Shown: positions 9,321 to 19,213, counted from the first letter of the stretch. The stretch: 64,000 bases of DNA from a virus (IMGVR_UViG_3300046615_000768:15817-79816), one strand, 5' to 3'. Notes: a model not told the origin generated them from the sequence alone. Numbers and translations: made by a program.

Positions 9321-11941
9321 TGGCGTACTCGAACGCGATCTTCTATCTCGATCCTGACCTCGGGAACGATGCCGCACGCACCGCTCTGACGACGGTGACG
9401 GTATCGAACCCGTCGGGCACGATCACGCGATGCAACAAGACGGCCCACGGCCTGGTCACTGGCGCAATCGTGGACCTGACGCTGTTCACCGCATGGCTGA
9501 ACGGCGCATGGAAGATCACGGTCGTCGACGCCGACAATTTCGACCTCGACGGCGCCGTCTGGCAAACGACGGCCGACAACAACGGCACCGTCACCCCTCG
9601 GGGCGGATCGTCCATGGCCGATGCCTGGAAGACGGTGGTCAGCGGCGTCACCGCCGCCCGTCATGCGGACGGCGACACCATCCGTATCAAGGCCAGCCCT
9701 GACCCGACCTCGATGGGGCAGAACGCAACGTGGACGGACGGTACGCAGGGGGTCCAGCGCGCCATTGTCAGTAGCACCAACGCAAGCCCGATCGTCGTCA
9801 CCCTTTCGTCTGCGAACTACACCCTGCTCGCGCCTGTCGTCGGCGACACCGTCATCGTCAACGCCCACAGCACCAACACCAACGCCAACGGCGTGTGGAC
9901 CGTCTCGGCGGTCAATGGCAGCACCTCGATCACGCTGCAAAGCGAACAGGGCGTGAACTCGGTAGGCAACGGTGTGGGCGGGGCGACCGGCACGGTTCGC
10001 AAGATCACCAATGCCGTGGTCCGGCTGACGACGCCGGCGACGAAGAACATCGCCCTGTTCGGCAACCAGGGGCAGAAGCCCAACTGGTCGGCGTCGGCCA
10101 ACGTCACGAACACCGTCATCCAGTCGGACTTCCGGGAGGGTGGCGAGTGCCAGCAGGTCGCCGTCGCGCTCGCTTTCACGACCGGCCTGGCCGCGTACTT
10201 CCCGACCGGCACGCTGGACCTGTCCGGCTACCAGCAGGTAGCGTTCTGGATCAAGCAGACCGCCGGTACGCTCGGCGCTGCCGGAGCCGTCAGCCTCAAG
10301 CTGTGCACGGACGTTGCCGGCGTCACGGGGGTGCATACCCTGAGCGTCCCGGCCATTGTGAACCTGAACCAGTGGACGCCGGTCGTCGTCGACCTCGGCG
10401 CCAACCTGAACGCCGCCATCAAGTCGGTTGCGCTCTACGTAAATACCGACAACGGCGCACAGACCTTCTTGCTCGACAACATCATTGCGTGCAAGGCGTC
10501 GTCGAGCGCGGATTCGCTGACACTGACCTCTCTCATCAGCAAGAAGACCGGCACGGAGCCATGGTGGGGAATCCAGTCGATCAACGACACCCGGATTCTG
10601 CTCGAACACACCGTCAACACGATCCCCGGATCGCCCTCGACCTCACGTGGCTACAGCGGCGTGACGGAAACGGTCCCGCTGTACAAACGGGAAACCACGA
10701 AGCCACCGATGGTTGTTGGCGGTACTTTTTTCATTATCCCGAACAGGGGTGCGAGCGCCTCGGCCTATATCAGCTACTCCGGTGGCTGGAACCGAACCGA
10801 TATGTCGACCCAGACCGGGGAAACGTGGTTTGACGGTCAATGCGGCCTCGGCACGGGCTTTTCGGATAACGGCATCGTCCGCTCCTACCTGAACATCGAC
10901 AAGATCAACTTCGTCCGGTACGCAGTCGGCTTCACGAATTCGGCGGGGGCGTCGTTCGGCCAGCACATCGGGTCGATGTCGGTCATCCACTGTTCATCGT
11001 CCAACATCACCCTCAACGGCTGGCAGACCACGGCAGATAACCTGGTCGGACTTGGTTCGTCCACCAACATCACCATCGGGAGTGGCTGTACGATCGGCAC
11101 GATTTCGCGGGCAGATGCGTCGGCGAGCAGCGGCGTCGCGCTCGGTTCCGGGTCCAGCATCGCCACGGTGGTCCAAGCCAACAACAACGGCTCAAGCGGG
11201 GTTGCAGCGTCGTCGATGACCACCATCGGGGCGATCAACACCGCCAACGGCAACAGCCAGTTTGGTTTGGCGGTAGGCAATAACTGCGTGGTCGGGTACG
11301 TCAACGCGAACAACAACGTGATCGCTAACGTGTCTCTGCAAAGCACTTCGGGCGCAAAAATCCTCGGCGGTACGACTTCAGGGAACACAATCGGCGTATC
11401 GGCGACGACCTCGGGCGTGTCGCTTGTGCGCAATTTCACTGCGAGCGACTCGACGCCCTACGCTGCGGCCAATTCCTTCTCCAACTCGGTGATATGTTGC
11501 GAACGCCTGAACGGCATCGCGGACACGCACCTGATCACGACCGACGGCGGCACCATCATTTCTGCCACCGACCAGCGGAAGACGGCGAGCGGCATTTCGT
11601 GGAAATTCCGCCCAGCGAGCACGAACCGCAACAGCGCCTACCCAATGAGCCTCTCGGTGGCCAAGGTTGCTGTGGCGGCGAACACGTCGCTCGCGGTGCA
11701 GATCAACACGCGGCGTGACAACGTCAACATCAAGGGCCGCATCAGGATCGTCGGTGGCCAGCTCGCCGGGGTGCCCAATGACGTGACGGTCGCATGCGAA
11801 CCGGCCATCAACACCTGGGCGCTGTCGGACACGCTGACGGTCACGCCGACCGAATCCGGCGTCGTCGAAGTCATGTTCGACGTGTGGGACGGCGTCGGCA
11901 CCACGAACAATTTCTGGATCGACGATCTCGTAATCGCATAA
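9320..11941 (+). CDS. Tail fibre/spike with probable carbohydrate-binding and beta-helix regions
   Basis: 873 aa, Thr/Ser/Asn/Gly-rich; repeated NNNGxxGV-type beta-helix rungs in the C-terminal half. Confidence 0.7.
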   Translation: MAYSNAIFYLDPDLGNDAARTALTTVTVSNPSGTITRCNKTAHGLVTGAIVDLTLFTAWLNGAWKITVVDADNFDLDGAVWQTTADNNGTVTPRGGSSMADAWKTVVSGVTAARHADGDTIRIKASPDPTSMGQNATWTDGTQGVQRAIVSSTNASPIVVTLSSANYTLLAPVVGDTVIVNAHSTNTNANGVWTVSAVNGSTSITLQSEQGVNSVGNGVGGATGTVRKITNAVVRLTTPATKNIALFGNQGQKPNWSASANVTNTVIQSDFREGGECQQVAVALAFTTGLAAYFPTGTLDLSGYQQVAFWIKQTAGTLGAAGAVSLKLCTDVAGVTGVHTLSVPAIVNLNQWTPVVVDLGANLNAAIKSVALYVNTDNGAQTFLLDNIIACKASSSADSLTLTSLISKKTGTEPWWGIQSINDTRILLEHTVNTIPGSPSTSRGYSGVTETVPLYKRETTKPPMVVGGTFFIIPNRGASASAYISYSGGWNRTDMSTQTGETWFDGQCGLGTGFSDNGIVRSYLNIDKINFVRYAVGFTNSAGASFGQHIGSMSVIHCSSSNITLNGWQTTADNLVGLGSSTNITIGSGCTIGTISRADASASSGVALGSGSSIATVVQANNNGSSGVAASSMTTIGAINTANGNSQFGLAVGNNCVVGYVNANNNVIANVSLQSTSGAKILGGTTSGNTIGVSATTSGVSLVRNFTASDSTPYAAANSFSNSVICCERLNGIADTHLITTDGGTIISATDQRKTASGISWKFRPASTNRNSAYPMSLSVAKVAVAANTSLAVQINTRRDNVNIKGRIRIVGGQLAGVPNDVTVACEPAINTWALSDTLTVTPTESGVVEVMFDVWDGVGTTNNFWIDDLVIA

Positions 11942-11953
11942 AGGGAGGGACCG

Positions 11954-13849
11954 ATGGCTGCGCCCACCCAAGACACGATTCTCGGCCTCGACCTGGTCTA
12001 TAACGGCCAGCCCTTCGTTCAGCGCGCACGCGGCGATGCCGGCGGCGCCTCGCTCGACACCGTCTTCAACGGCCAGCCCTTCGTGGCGACCGTCACCGGC
12101 TCGACTGGATCGGCGCAGCAGGGCGCCGTCAGCGAAGCGGCCAGTGCTGCCAGTTCGGCCACGGCCACCGTCAGCGCGGCGCGTACCGTCAGCGAGACGG
12201 CAGCGGCCGACGCCACTGCCCAGCGCGTGTTCAGCACCGCCGCGCAGGGCACCGCCGCAGCCGCGGCGTCTTCGGCGCAGGATCGGTTCACCAGCATCGC
12301 AGCAGCCCAGGCCGAAACGGCAGGTGCTGCGGCCACGCAGGGCGCAAGCAGGACGACCGCCGGGGCGCAGGCAGAAGCGGCCAGTGCCGCCACCGCCCAA
12401 GACCGGCGCGTCAGTACCGCAGCGACGACCTCGAACCCGGCCAGTGCCGGGGCAGCGCAGGGCGCACAGGCCCAGGTCGCGGCAAGCGTCTCCGAATCGG
12501 CCACGCCTGGCAGCACGCAGGGAGCGGCAACGAACAAGCCCGCCGCCGTCGGCGAAGCGGGCAATGCAGGCTCCAGCAGCAGCGTCACCGCCGCCCAGCT
12601 GGCGGTACGCACCGAAGCGGCCAGCGCCGGAAATACGCAAGGTGCGTACTTCGCAGGCACGGCCACGACGACCGAGGCGGCCAGCAGTGGCAGCGCACAG
12701 AGCGCGGCGCGCACCCAGGCCGCGTCCACGACCGCCGTCGCCAGCGCAGCCGAACAGGTCAGCGCAACGAGCAGCAGGGGAGCAGCGGTCGCCGAAGCGG
12801 CCAGTGCCACCAGCAGCGAACAGGGCCTGACGGCCAACAACCCGGCGCAGGTCGAATCGGCCAACGCGGCCAGCACCGCCACGGCGATCGTTCGCGCGCT
12901 CGCAGGCCAGACCGAGCAGGCCACCGCCCTCGACGCCCGCAGCAGCACCGCGCGCAGCAGCAGGGGCGTGCTTGAGGCCGCAGCGGCGAGCGACACGCGC
13001 TCCGGGGCCACGGCCACGGCAGCAGCGCGACCGGAATCTGGCAACGCCCAGGCAACAGCCGGGGCCAGCGCACGACGCGATGCGGCCGTCAGCGAAGCGA
13101 CAGCGGCGACCGACGCGGCAGCGGCGCAGCGCACGGCACCGGCGCAGCGGACCGAACCCGCAGCAGCAGGCGCGCAGCAGGCCGCGCTTGCGGCAGGCAA
13201 GGCCACGCAGGCCGACACAGCCCAGGCAGGGGCAGGGCAGGCCGCGCAGGCAGCGCAGCAGGCCTCGACGGTCGAAGCGGCGAACGCACGCGACACCGCG
13301 AACGGCCTGGCCGACGGCACCAAGCAGGTCAGCGAACAGGCCAGCGCGCTCGATGCGGCCACCAGCAGCACGCTCGCAAGGTCGAGCAATGCCGCCATTG
13401 CAGCGGCAAACGACTTCATCGAGGCGATGGTCGCGCGCAGTGCCGAGATCCTCGAAGCGGGCAAGGCCGACACCCTCTTGGGCGCGCACCGCGACGTGTA
13501 CGCTCTGGCGAGCGAGCAGGCCGACGCCGACGCCGAGCAGGATTCATACGGCAAGAACGAAGATGCTCAGTTCGAGCGCGGCAATGCGTTCGACGCCTGC
13601 GACGGCGTCCGCACCCAATACGCCACGGTCGGCGAGGCGGCTGCGCCGGGCGACGTTACCGACGTGGTCGTCGCGGGCAACCTGTCGGCGCATCTGGCGA
13701 TCTACCCAGCATGCGGGGGCGAGCTGGCCGCGCGTGCAGCGCTCCTCCCGCATCGTCCGCTGCACGTCGCCATACACCCGCAGCTCGATGCGAAGCTGGC
13801 CACGCGCCGCGCGCAGATCCCTCAACCTTTACTGGCAGAACCCGCATGA
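11954..13849 (+). CDS. Ala/Thr-rich repetitive virion fibre protein
   Basis: Duplicated LDxVxNGQPFV N-terminal motif, then about 15-aa EAASA repeats; GGAGG RBS. Confidence 0.6.
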   Translation: MAAPTQDTILGLDLVYNGQPFVQRARGDAGGASLDTVFNGQPFVATVTGSTGSAQQGAVSEAASAASSATATVSAARTVSETAAADATAQRVFSTAAQGTAAAAASSAQDRFTSIAAAQAETAGAAATQGASRTTAGAQAEAASAATAQDRRVSTAATTSNPASAGAAQGAQAQVAASVSESATPGSTQGAATNKPAAVGEAGNAGSSSSVTAAQLAVRTEAASAGNTQGAYFAGTATTTEAASSGSAQSAARTQAASTTAVASAAEQVSATSSRGAAVAEAASATSSEQGLTANNPAQVESANAASTATAIVRALAGQTEQATALDARSSTARSSRGVLEAAAASDTRSGATATAAARPESGNAQATAGASARRDAAVSEATAATDAAAAQRTAPAQRTEPAAAGAQQAALAAGKATQADTAQAGAGQAAQAAQQASTVEAANARDTANGLADGTKQVSEQASALDAATSSTLARSSNAAIAAANDFIEAMVARSAEILEAGKADTLLGAHRDVYALASEQADADAEQDSYGKNEDAQFERGNAFDACDGVRTQYATVGEAAAPGDVTDVVVAGNLSAHLAIYPACGGELAARAALLPHRPLHVAIHPQLDAKLATRRAQIPQPLLAEPA

Positions 13850-14169
13850 GCGCTATCTACGAAATCTTCGTGGGCAATGACACGGTGCTCGAAGTGCAGG
13901 GCCTGCGCAGCGATGTGACGGGCGAGCCGATGAACGCGGCCACGCTGGCGGTCACGCTGCTTGATGTCGGCGGGGCAGAGGTGGCGGGCCAGGTATGGCC
14001 GAAGCCGATGGCCTATGTTGGGGGCAGCAAGGGCCTGTACCGGGCGATGCTGCCGGCGACATTGCCCCTGGTGGCCGACGCCCGCTATACGGCGCGCATC
14101 ACGGCCGACGCGGGGCCGGACCTGATCGGGACGTGGAACATGGAGTGCGTGGCGCGGCTGCGCAATTGA
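13846..14169 (+). CDS. Small Ig-like/BppU-like virion protein
   Basis: ATGA overlap; beta-rich, G.YRA.LP..L.L...YTA.ITA pattern. Confidence 0.55.
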   Translation: MSAIYEIFVGNDTVLEVQGLRSDVTGEPMNAATLAVTLLDVGGAEVAGQVWPKPMAYVGGSKGLYRAMLPATLPLVADARYTARITADAGPDLIGTWNMECVARLRN

Positions 14170-14189
14170 AAACCGCCCCGTAGGGCGGT
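14169..14189 (-). terminator. Terminator between convergent operons
   Basis: ACCGCCC-CGTA-GGGCGGT hairpin with TTTT on the minus strand. Confidence 0.5.
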
Positions 14190-14210
14190 GGAGAAGAGAG
14201 CAGGGCAGGG

Positions 14211-14507
14211 CTAGACGATCTCGAACCCGTGTATCTTCCAGGTGATCGCACTGCCGTCGCCGTCGGCGGCGGCGATCTGCGCGTCCTCCTCGTTCGTCGT
14301 GTAGTGGTAGGCGATGAGCGAAACGCTGTTTTCGTCCCGGTCGTGAAACTCTGCCGACGCGCTCCACTCGCAGAGGCTGTCACCGTGCACCGCACCGTTG
14401 TAGCCGACGCGGCCCGTGGGTTCGCAGTTGTGGGATTCGAGTTCGCGGACATTGTCCTCGCCGAAGACTTCCACGGCCTGCTCGCGGGTCAAAGTACCTT
14501 TTTTCAT
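14211..14507 (-). CDS. Hypothetical protein
   Basis: AAGGA RBS before MKKGTL; last gene of the leftward operon. Confidence 0.6.
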   Translation of the reverse strand: MKKGTLTREQAVEVFGEDNVRELESHNCEPTGRVGYNGAVHGDSLCEWSASAEFHDRDENSVSLIAYHYTTNEEDAQIAAADGDGSAITWKIHGFEIV

Positions 14508-14530
14508 GATGTTTTCCTTGAGTGTAAGGG

Positions 14531-14782
14531 TTACGAGGCCCAGCCGCCGATCCCGTCCCACATGCTGTTAAGGTAAAAGCCGACGCTGTTGTCGTTGCCG
14601 ACCAGTGCTTCGGCTTGGTTATGCAGCCGGGTCATGGCGTCGAATCCGCCTACGTGATCGGTGGCGATGCCAATCAGCTCGATGTCGTGCTTGATTTCCT
14701 GGCCACGCGGGCCACGGCGCGCGTCGCTGTCCATCTGGTCCCACTCTTGCGTGAGCTTGACGAGAAGTTCTGGTGTTTTCAT
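14531..14782 (-). CDS. Hypothetical protein
   Basis: AAGGAGA RBS; leftward operon. Confidence 0.6.
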   Translation of the reverse strand: MKTPELLVKLTQEWDQMDSDARRGPRGQEIKHDIELIGIATDHVGGFDAMTRLHNQAEALVGNDNSVGFYLNSMWDGIGGWAS

Positions 14783-14793
14783 GTCGGATCTCC

Positions 14794-15009
14794 TTAACGT
14801 GGGTCGTAGCCAGCTTCGGCCAGGCTGCGAGCGATGGCCTCGATGCCGAGGATCATCATATTGGCGCGGACGCAGCGCTCGTTGTCGCTCAAGTGGGCCT
14901 CGGTGAAATCAAAGAAGGTGTCGAACGTCGAGCGCTTGCAGAACTGCGCGAGCTGCAAGGCGACAGCCGGGTCGAGGGTGACGGTGATGGTGACGGGTCC
15001 TTGGCTCAT
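14794..15009 (-). CDS. Hypothetical protein (MSQGPVTITV...)
   Basis: GGAGG RBS, overlap with the upstream gene. Confidence 0.6.
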   Translation of the reverse strand: MSQGPVTITVTLDPAVALQLAQFCKRSTFDTFFDFTEAHLSDNERCVRANMMILGIEAIARSLAEAGYDPR

Positions 15010-15467
15010 GACCGCCTCCGCGTAGGGGGTACTGGCCGACGCGGGGCCGGCGTGACGCTCCGCGCATTCATCGCCTTTTCCTCGTCCGGGTCCACGAATA
15101 GCTCCCGCGTAATGCACATCATTTGGGCGTACACCCACCGCCACGACATATAGCGGTGCGACCTTTGCAGGGCGCCATGCTCCCTGCACGCCTTCCAGTG
15201 CGCGTCGGCCGCTTCCTGAAACCAGACATACTCGCCTTCGAGATCGAAGACCGGGTCGTTTAGCCAGCCTGCAAGCATCTTCTTGTCCTCATCCGACGCG
15301 TTGTCGGGGATGGCGGGAAACGGCGGGCCGTCGTATGGTTCGGGCTCAGGCTCGTACCAGTCAGGAATTTCGGTCGGGGCGTGCGCAGCGAAATAGTCCA
15401 TCCGGGTGATTTCGGTGGACAGGAATTCCTCATGGGCGTTTGCCAGAGGGAGATCGGTGTCATTCAT
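15006..15467 (-). CDS. Hypothetical protein
   Basis: Leftward operon; RDYFAAHAP-like motif (MDYFAAHAP). Confidence 0.6.
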   Translation of the reverse strand: MNDTDLPLANAHEEFLSTEITRMDYFAAHAPTEIPDWYEPEPEPYDGPPFPAIPDNASDEDKKMLAGWLNDPVFDLEGEYVWFQEAADAHWKACREHGALQRSHRYMSWRWVYAQMMCITRELFVDPDEEKAMNARSVTPAPRRPVPPTRRRS

Positions 15468-15479
15468 TTTGGAGCCTCT

Positions 15480-15932
15480 CTAGTGAAGTTGTGCGCGCAG
15501 CACGGGTTGCTGGTCGATGAAGCGGGGGTCGAACTCCGGGTCCCACGGGAACTTGCCGCTGGCGTCCGGCCAGACCAGCTGGATCGCGGTGTAGTCCTCG
15601 TGCCGGCGCCGGGTAGCAAACATGTACTCGTCGGCTTTGGCGCGCGGGACGGCCACGAACTGCGCGGGCAGGCCGTTCGCCACATCGTCGACGTTGGTGT
15701 CGAGCGGCACCGGGCCCTCTTCCTTCATGCGCAGGCAGATTTGATTGAGGAACGGGTGCGCGATCTGCATGGGCAGGCCGAAGACGATCACGTCCGGCAG
15801 GCCATGCGCGGCCATGCCGACCGTGTAGGCGAATCCGGGAGTGTCCTCGCCAGGGAAAACGCCCTGAATCGCCCAGCCGTAGCGGGCGATCATCGCGTCC
15901 ATTGAAGCGTCTACTTCTTTTCGTGTTTTCAT
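15480..15932 (-). CDS. DUF4262-like protein
   Basis: I..YGWA...V....PGFAYTVG....GLPD.IVFGL ... QLVWPD..G.FPW. Confidence 0.75.
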   Translation of the reverse strand: MKTRKEVDASMDAMIARYGWAIQGVFPGEDTPGFAYTVGMAAHGLPDVIVFGLPMQIAHPFLNQICLRMKEEGPVPLDTNVDDVANGLPAQFVAVPRAKADEYMFATRRRHEDYTAIQLVWPDASGKFPWDPEFDPRFIDQQPVLRAQLH

Positions 15933-16111
15933 CGTTTCTCCTTTGGGTTGGTGTTCTTCGCCTGTTCGGCCTTGTACGCCTTGTACAGCGGGGAACGGTA
16001 GATGGTGGACAGGGCGATGTTCATGCGCCTGGCTGCGGCGTAGGGCGTCATGCCCTCCTCCGCGACCAGTTTCATCGCCTCGACCGTGTCGGCTGATGGT
16101 TTCCCGCTCAT
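15929..16111 (-). CDS. Small HTH DNA-binding protein
   Basis: GMTPYAAARRMNIALSTIYRS; AGGAGG RBS. Confidence 0.7.
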   Translation of the reverse strand: MSGKPSADTVEAMKLVAEEGMTPYAAARRMNIALSTIYRSPLYKAYKAEQAKNTNPKEKR

Positions 16112-16125
16112 GTTCCTCCTTCGTG

Positions 16126-16320
16126 TTAAAACCAACCCTCGTTCGGGTCGGTCAGGTCATAGTGACGCGCGAAGTTGTCCACGAACGCCTCGGGCGTCGA
16201 CGTGACGCCATAGGTTTCGTAGAGTTCTTCGAGCATGGTCGAATCGTCCCAGCACCAACGCTCCTTGGCATAGGCCAGGATGCGCTCCAGTACCGGGTCC
16301 GACGGGTCGGGATGACGCAT
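16126..16320 (-). CDS. Hypothetical protein
   Basis: Tightly packed in the leftward operon. Confidence 0.55.
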   Translation of the reverse strand: MRHPDPSDPVLERILAYAKERWCWDDSTMLEELYETYGVTSTPEAFVDNFARHYDLTDPNEGWF

Positions 16321-16323
16321 GGC

Positions 16324-17043
16324 TCAGCCCTCCGGCATGCGGGCGCGCTTCTGACCGTCGGCCAGCGTCAAGGCGCCACCCAGCTCGTTGTACAGGGCAG
16401 CTTCGTCGAGCTGCAGCTCGAACTTCGCGTGCGCCGATTGCACCGCGTCGTACAAGGCCGGCGCCGCAGCGATCAGGCGCGCATCGGCGTGGTCGATGGC
16501 CTGCAGGCCGGCATCGGCCCGGTTGATCTCTGCGATGTAGCCGTCGCCGTACTTGACGATGGACAGCGAATTCGGGTTGCCGTCGGTCGGCTCGACGTGC
16601 CATGGGCCGTCGGTGAAGCCGGCCACCGGGTGCACGGCAGGCACGGGCGGTTCCAGCAGGTGGTGCGCGGCGACGGTGATGGCTTCGGCGATGCCTTCGC
16701 CGTTCTCGTCACCCTTGCGCACGAAGAAGTCGCGCGTGAGGGTGGCCGCGTACTGGATCATGTCGGCACGTGGTGGCAGTGCGGCGCTCTCGATGACCCA
16801 CTCGCCCAGCCAGAGGCCCATCGGGTTGCTGACCTCGTAATCGAACACACCCGGATAACCTTGGTCGCCGATCGCCTCGTCGGCATAGTCGCGCATGGCC
16901 AGCAGCACGGGAACGCACTCCATAACTGCGTCGACCAGCTCGATTACACCCTGGTCCCACGCCTTGATGACATTCTTGTAGCCCGCGCTCTGCAAGCCTT
17001 CCATCACGAATGCGGCCGTGACAGCCGTATCTGCATGTTGCAT
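16324..17043 (-). CDS. Hypothetical protein
   Basis: AGGAGG RBS; 239 aa, apparently two domains. Confidence 0.65.
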   Translation of the reverse strand: MQHADTAVTAAFVMEGLQSAGYKNVIKAWDQGVIELVDAVMECVPVLLAMRDYADEAIGDQGYPGVFDYEVSNPMGLWLGEWVIESAALPPRADMIQYAATLTRDFFVRKGDENGEGIAEAITVAAHHLLEPPVPAVHPVAGFTDGPWHVEPTDGNPNSLSIVKYGDGYIAEINRADAGLQAIDHADARLIAAAPALYDAVQSAHAKFELQLDEAALYNELGGALTLADGQKRARMPEG

Positions 17044-17116
17044 GGTGCCTCCTGTTGGTTGACCGGGACCATTCCCGCGTGGGCGCTCCGACGCGTGTCG
17101 AAGCGCTGACGCTGGC

Positions 17117-17620
17117 TTAGTCTTTCAATGCGTCGATCTGGTCGCTGCTGATCCAGACACGTGCTGTCACATAGGCGCCCCACGGGTGCACGACATTCCC
17201 GGAAGGATCGACGTTGTCGATTTCGACGAATGCGTCTTCGTTGACCACCACGTTCGGAGGCAGCGGCTGCGCACGCGCAATGTCGCGGACTTCGTCGGCC
17301 TCTGGCAGCGCCCCGTAGTGGGTCAGGCCAGGCACCACGCCGTGATCGCCGTGGAAATGCAGCAGCTCAAGTTCGAGGCGGTTTGCGAACTCGAACACCA
17401 AGGCCAGATCCTGCGGCAGCAGCGCGAGCGGCTCGGGCTGTTCGGCGGTGGGGTAGGGCAGCGACACGAACAGGCCACCACGGCAGACGGCGATGTCGAA
17501 GTACGGCCACCCCGGCAGGGTTTCGTCCTTGCGAACCAGCCGATTGGCCGCTGTTTGCAGCTGACTGATGGTCGATTCGGTCAGGTGGTACAGGCACAGT
17601 TGCAGGTGAGTCTGAATCAA
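17117..17620 (-). CDS. Hypothetical protein
   Basis: GGAG RBS; leftward operon. Confidence 0.55.
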   Translation of the reverse strand: MIQTHLQLCLYHLTESTISQLQTAANRLVRKDETLPGWPYFDIAVCRGGLFVSLPYPTAEQPEPLALLPQDLALVFEFANRLELELLHFHGDHGVVPGLTHYGALPEADEVRDIARAQPLPPNVVVNEDAFVEIDNVDPSGNVVHPWGAYVTARVWISSDQIDALKD

Positions 17621-17690
17621 TTCGTTCTCCGTCGGTTATCGGGGACAGCCCCCGCGTGAGCGCCCGCAAGAAGCAGGCGCTGACACTGGA

Positions 17691-17894
17691 TCAGTCCTCT
17701 TCTTCGAGCTGCGCTTCGACCCACTGCCAGTAGCCGCGCAGGGTCTGTTCCATATCGACGGCCTGACGCCAGTCGGTGCGCCGGTATTGCGGATGCTCGC
17801 CGTTGTCGCGCTCGGTGCTGTACTTCTGGCACAGCTCCTCGGCGGTCAGCAGCCGGTCGGCGCGTGCCAGTTCAGGCGGATAGTGCAGGCTCAT
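17691..17894 (-). CDS. Hypothetical protein (GEHP..R.DW...T..GYW.WV motif)
   Basis: GAGGAG RBS before MSLHYPP. Confidence 0.6.
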   Translation of the reverse strand: MSLHYPPELARADRLLTAEELCQKYSTERDNGEHPQYRRTDWRQAVDMEQTLRGYWQWVEAQLEEED

Positions 17895-17904
17895 GGTGTT
17901 CTCC

Positions 17905-18417
17905 TCAGAGTTGGCCGTGTTCGACGAAAGAGTAGGACTGGCTGGCGGTGACGATGATGTGGTCGAGGATGCGCACGTCGACGAGGGCAAGGGCCTGCGT
18001 CATCGTGCGGGTCAAAAGAAGATCGGCTTCGCTCGGGTCCGGCGTGCCCGACGGATGGTTATGCGCGAGAAGCAAACTGTTCGCGTTATGCCGCAGGGCA
18101 GACTTCACCACTTCCCGAGGGTAGACGCTGGTCTGTGTCAGCGAACCACGGAACATTTCCTCCGTGGCGATCACGCGATTTTTTACGTCCAAGAACAGCA
18201 CGCAGAACACTTCATGGTCGCGGCTCCCGATGGACAGGCGCAGATAGCTACGCGCCGCATCAGGGCTCCCCAGCAGCTCCCCAGGTACGCGCATGCGGCG
18301 TTCGAGGATGGACAGCGCATGCCGGATCGTGGCGTCTTCGCGCTGACGTTTCAGCTCGTCGGGGTCCGGCGCCGCGACATACGCGACCTGGGCTTCGGTT
18401 GCCTTGCTCGTTCTCAT
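17905..18417 (-). CDS. radC: RadC-family JAB/MPN domain protein
   Basis: HEVF..LFLD.KNR.I..E.MF.GS...[12 protein letters not shown]...LAHNHPSG...PS.AD; GGAGG RBS at 18422-18427. Confidence 0.92.
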   Translation of the reverse strand: MRTSKATEAQVAYVAAPDPDELKRQREDATIRHALSILERRMRVPGELLGSPDAARSYLRLSIGSRDHEVFCVLFLDVKNRVIATEEMFRGSLTQTSVYPREVVKSALRHNANSLLLAHNHPSGTPDPSEADLLLTRTMTQALALVDVRILDHIIVTASQSYSFVEHGQL

Positions 18418-18475
18418 CAAATCCTCCGTTATGGGTGGGTGACAGGGCGCCTGCAGGAGACTACCCCACGTCATC

Positions 18476-18504
18476 ACTATATAGCATGATGCTACATAGC
18501 TCAA
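18476..18504 (-). promoter_or_regulatory. Near-consensus sigma70 promoter of the leftward radC operon with spacer palindrome
   Basis: Minus strand TTGAGC-17 nt-TATAGT; TAGCAT-G-ATGCTA palindrome at 18482-18494. Confidence 0.7.
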
Positions 18505-18544
18505 GGCCTATCTGCGCACGTGCGGACGGCGGAAGGACACACAC

Positions 18545-19213
18545 ATGGACGACACCCCGAAGATGAAGGCCGATTGGGAGGCCATTGAGAAGCAGTACCG
18601 CGCTGGCGTTCTGTCGCTGCGCGAGATCGCACGGCAGCATGGCGTGACCGACGCAGCCATTCGCAAGCGGGCCAAGGTCAATGCGTGGGAGCGTGACCTG
18701 ACGGCGAAGGTGCAGGAGAAGGTACGGCTAGAGCTGGTACGCACAGAGGTACGCACCCCCAACACGCGCGAGCAAGTGCGTACCGAGCGCGAGATCGTCG
18801 ACAGCGCCGCGGCCACCGTCGTCCAGGTGGTGCGCGAACACCGCAAGGACATCAGCAACGGTCGCACGCTTGTATCGCTGCTGGCGTCCCAGCTGCTCGA
18901 CGTGGCTGGCCACCGCGATATCTTCATGGACGCGATCGAGGCCGAAACCGCTGACGACGAATCGGGCGAGCGCCGCGCCAAGATGCTCAAGGCCGTCTCG
19001 CTGCCGGTGCATGCGGCGACGATCCGGGACCTGTCGAACGCGATGAAGAACCTCGTGACGCTGGAGCGGCAGGCGTTCAGCGTCGGCGACGCACCGATCG
19101 AGAAGCCGGAGGAGCCGGCGAGCGCGACCCAGGTCGACGCCGGCTTCGCCGACCTGCGCGCCGCGTTCAACAAGCGCCTGAAAAAAGACGACGATGCCCC
19201 TGCAGCTTCCTGA
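18545..19213 (+). CDS. terS: Terminase small subunit
   Basis: DWEAIE..YRAG..SLREIA..HGVT..AIRKRAK...W.RDL N-terminal HTH; directly precedes terL. Confidence 0.8.
   Translation: MDDTPKMKADWEAIEKQYRAGVLSLREIARQHGVTDAAIRKRAKVNAWERDLTAKVQEKVRLELVRTEVRTPNTREQVRTEREIVDSAAATVVQVVREHRKDISNGRTLVSLLASQLLDVAGHRDIFMDAIEAETADDESGERRAKMLKAVSLPVHAATIRDLSNAMKNLVTLERQAFSVGDAPIEKPEEPASATQVDAGFADLRAAFNKRLKKDDDAPAAS

Noticed and set aside
11954-13849. Ala-rich ORF as a tape measure protein
   Set aside because: Only 631 aa, beta-type repeats, no tail tube or assembly chaperone neighbours
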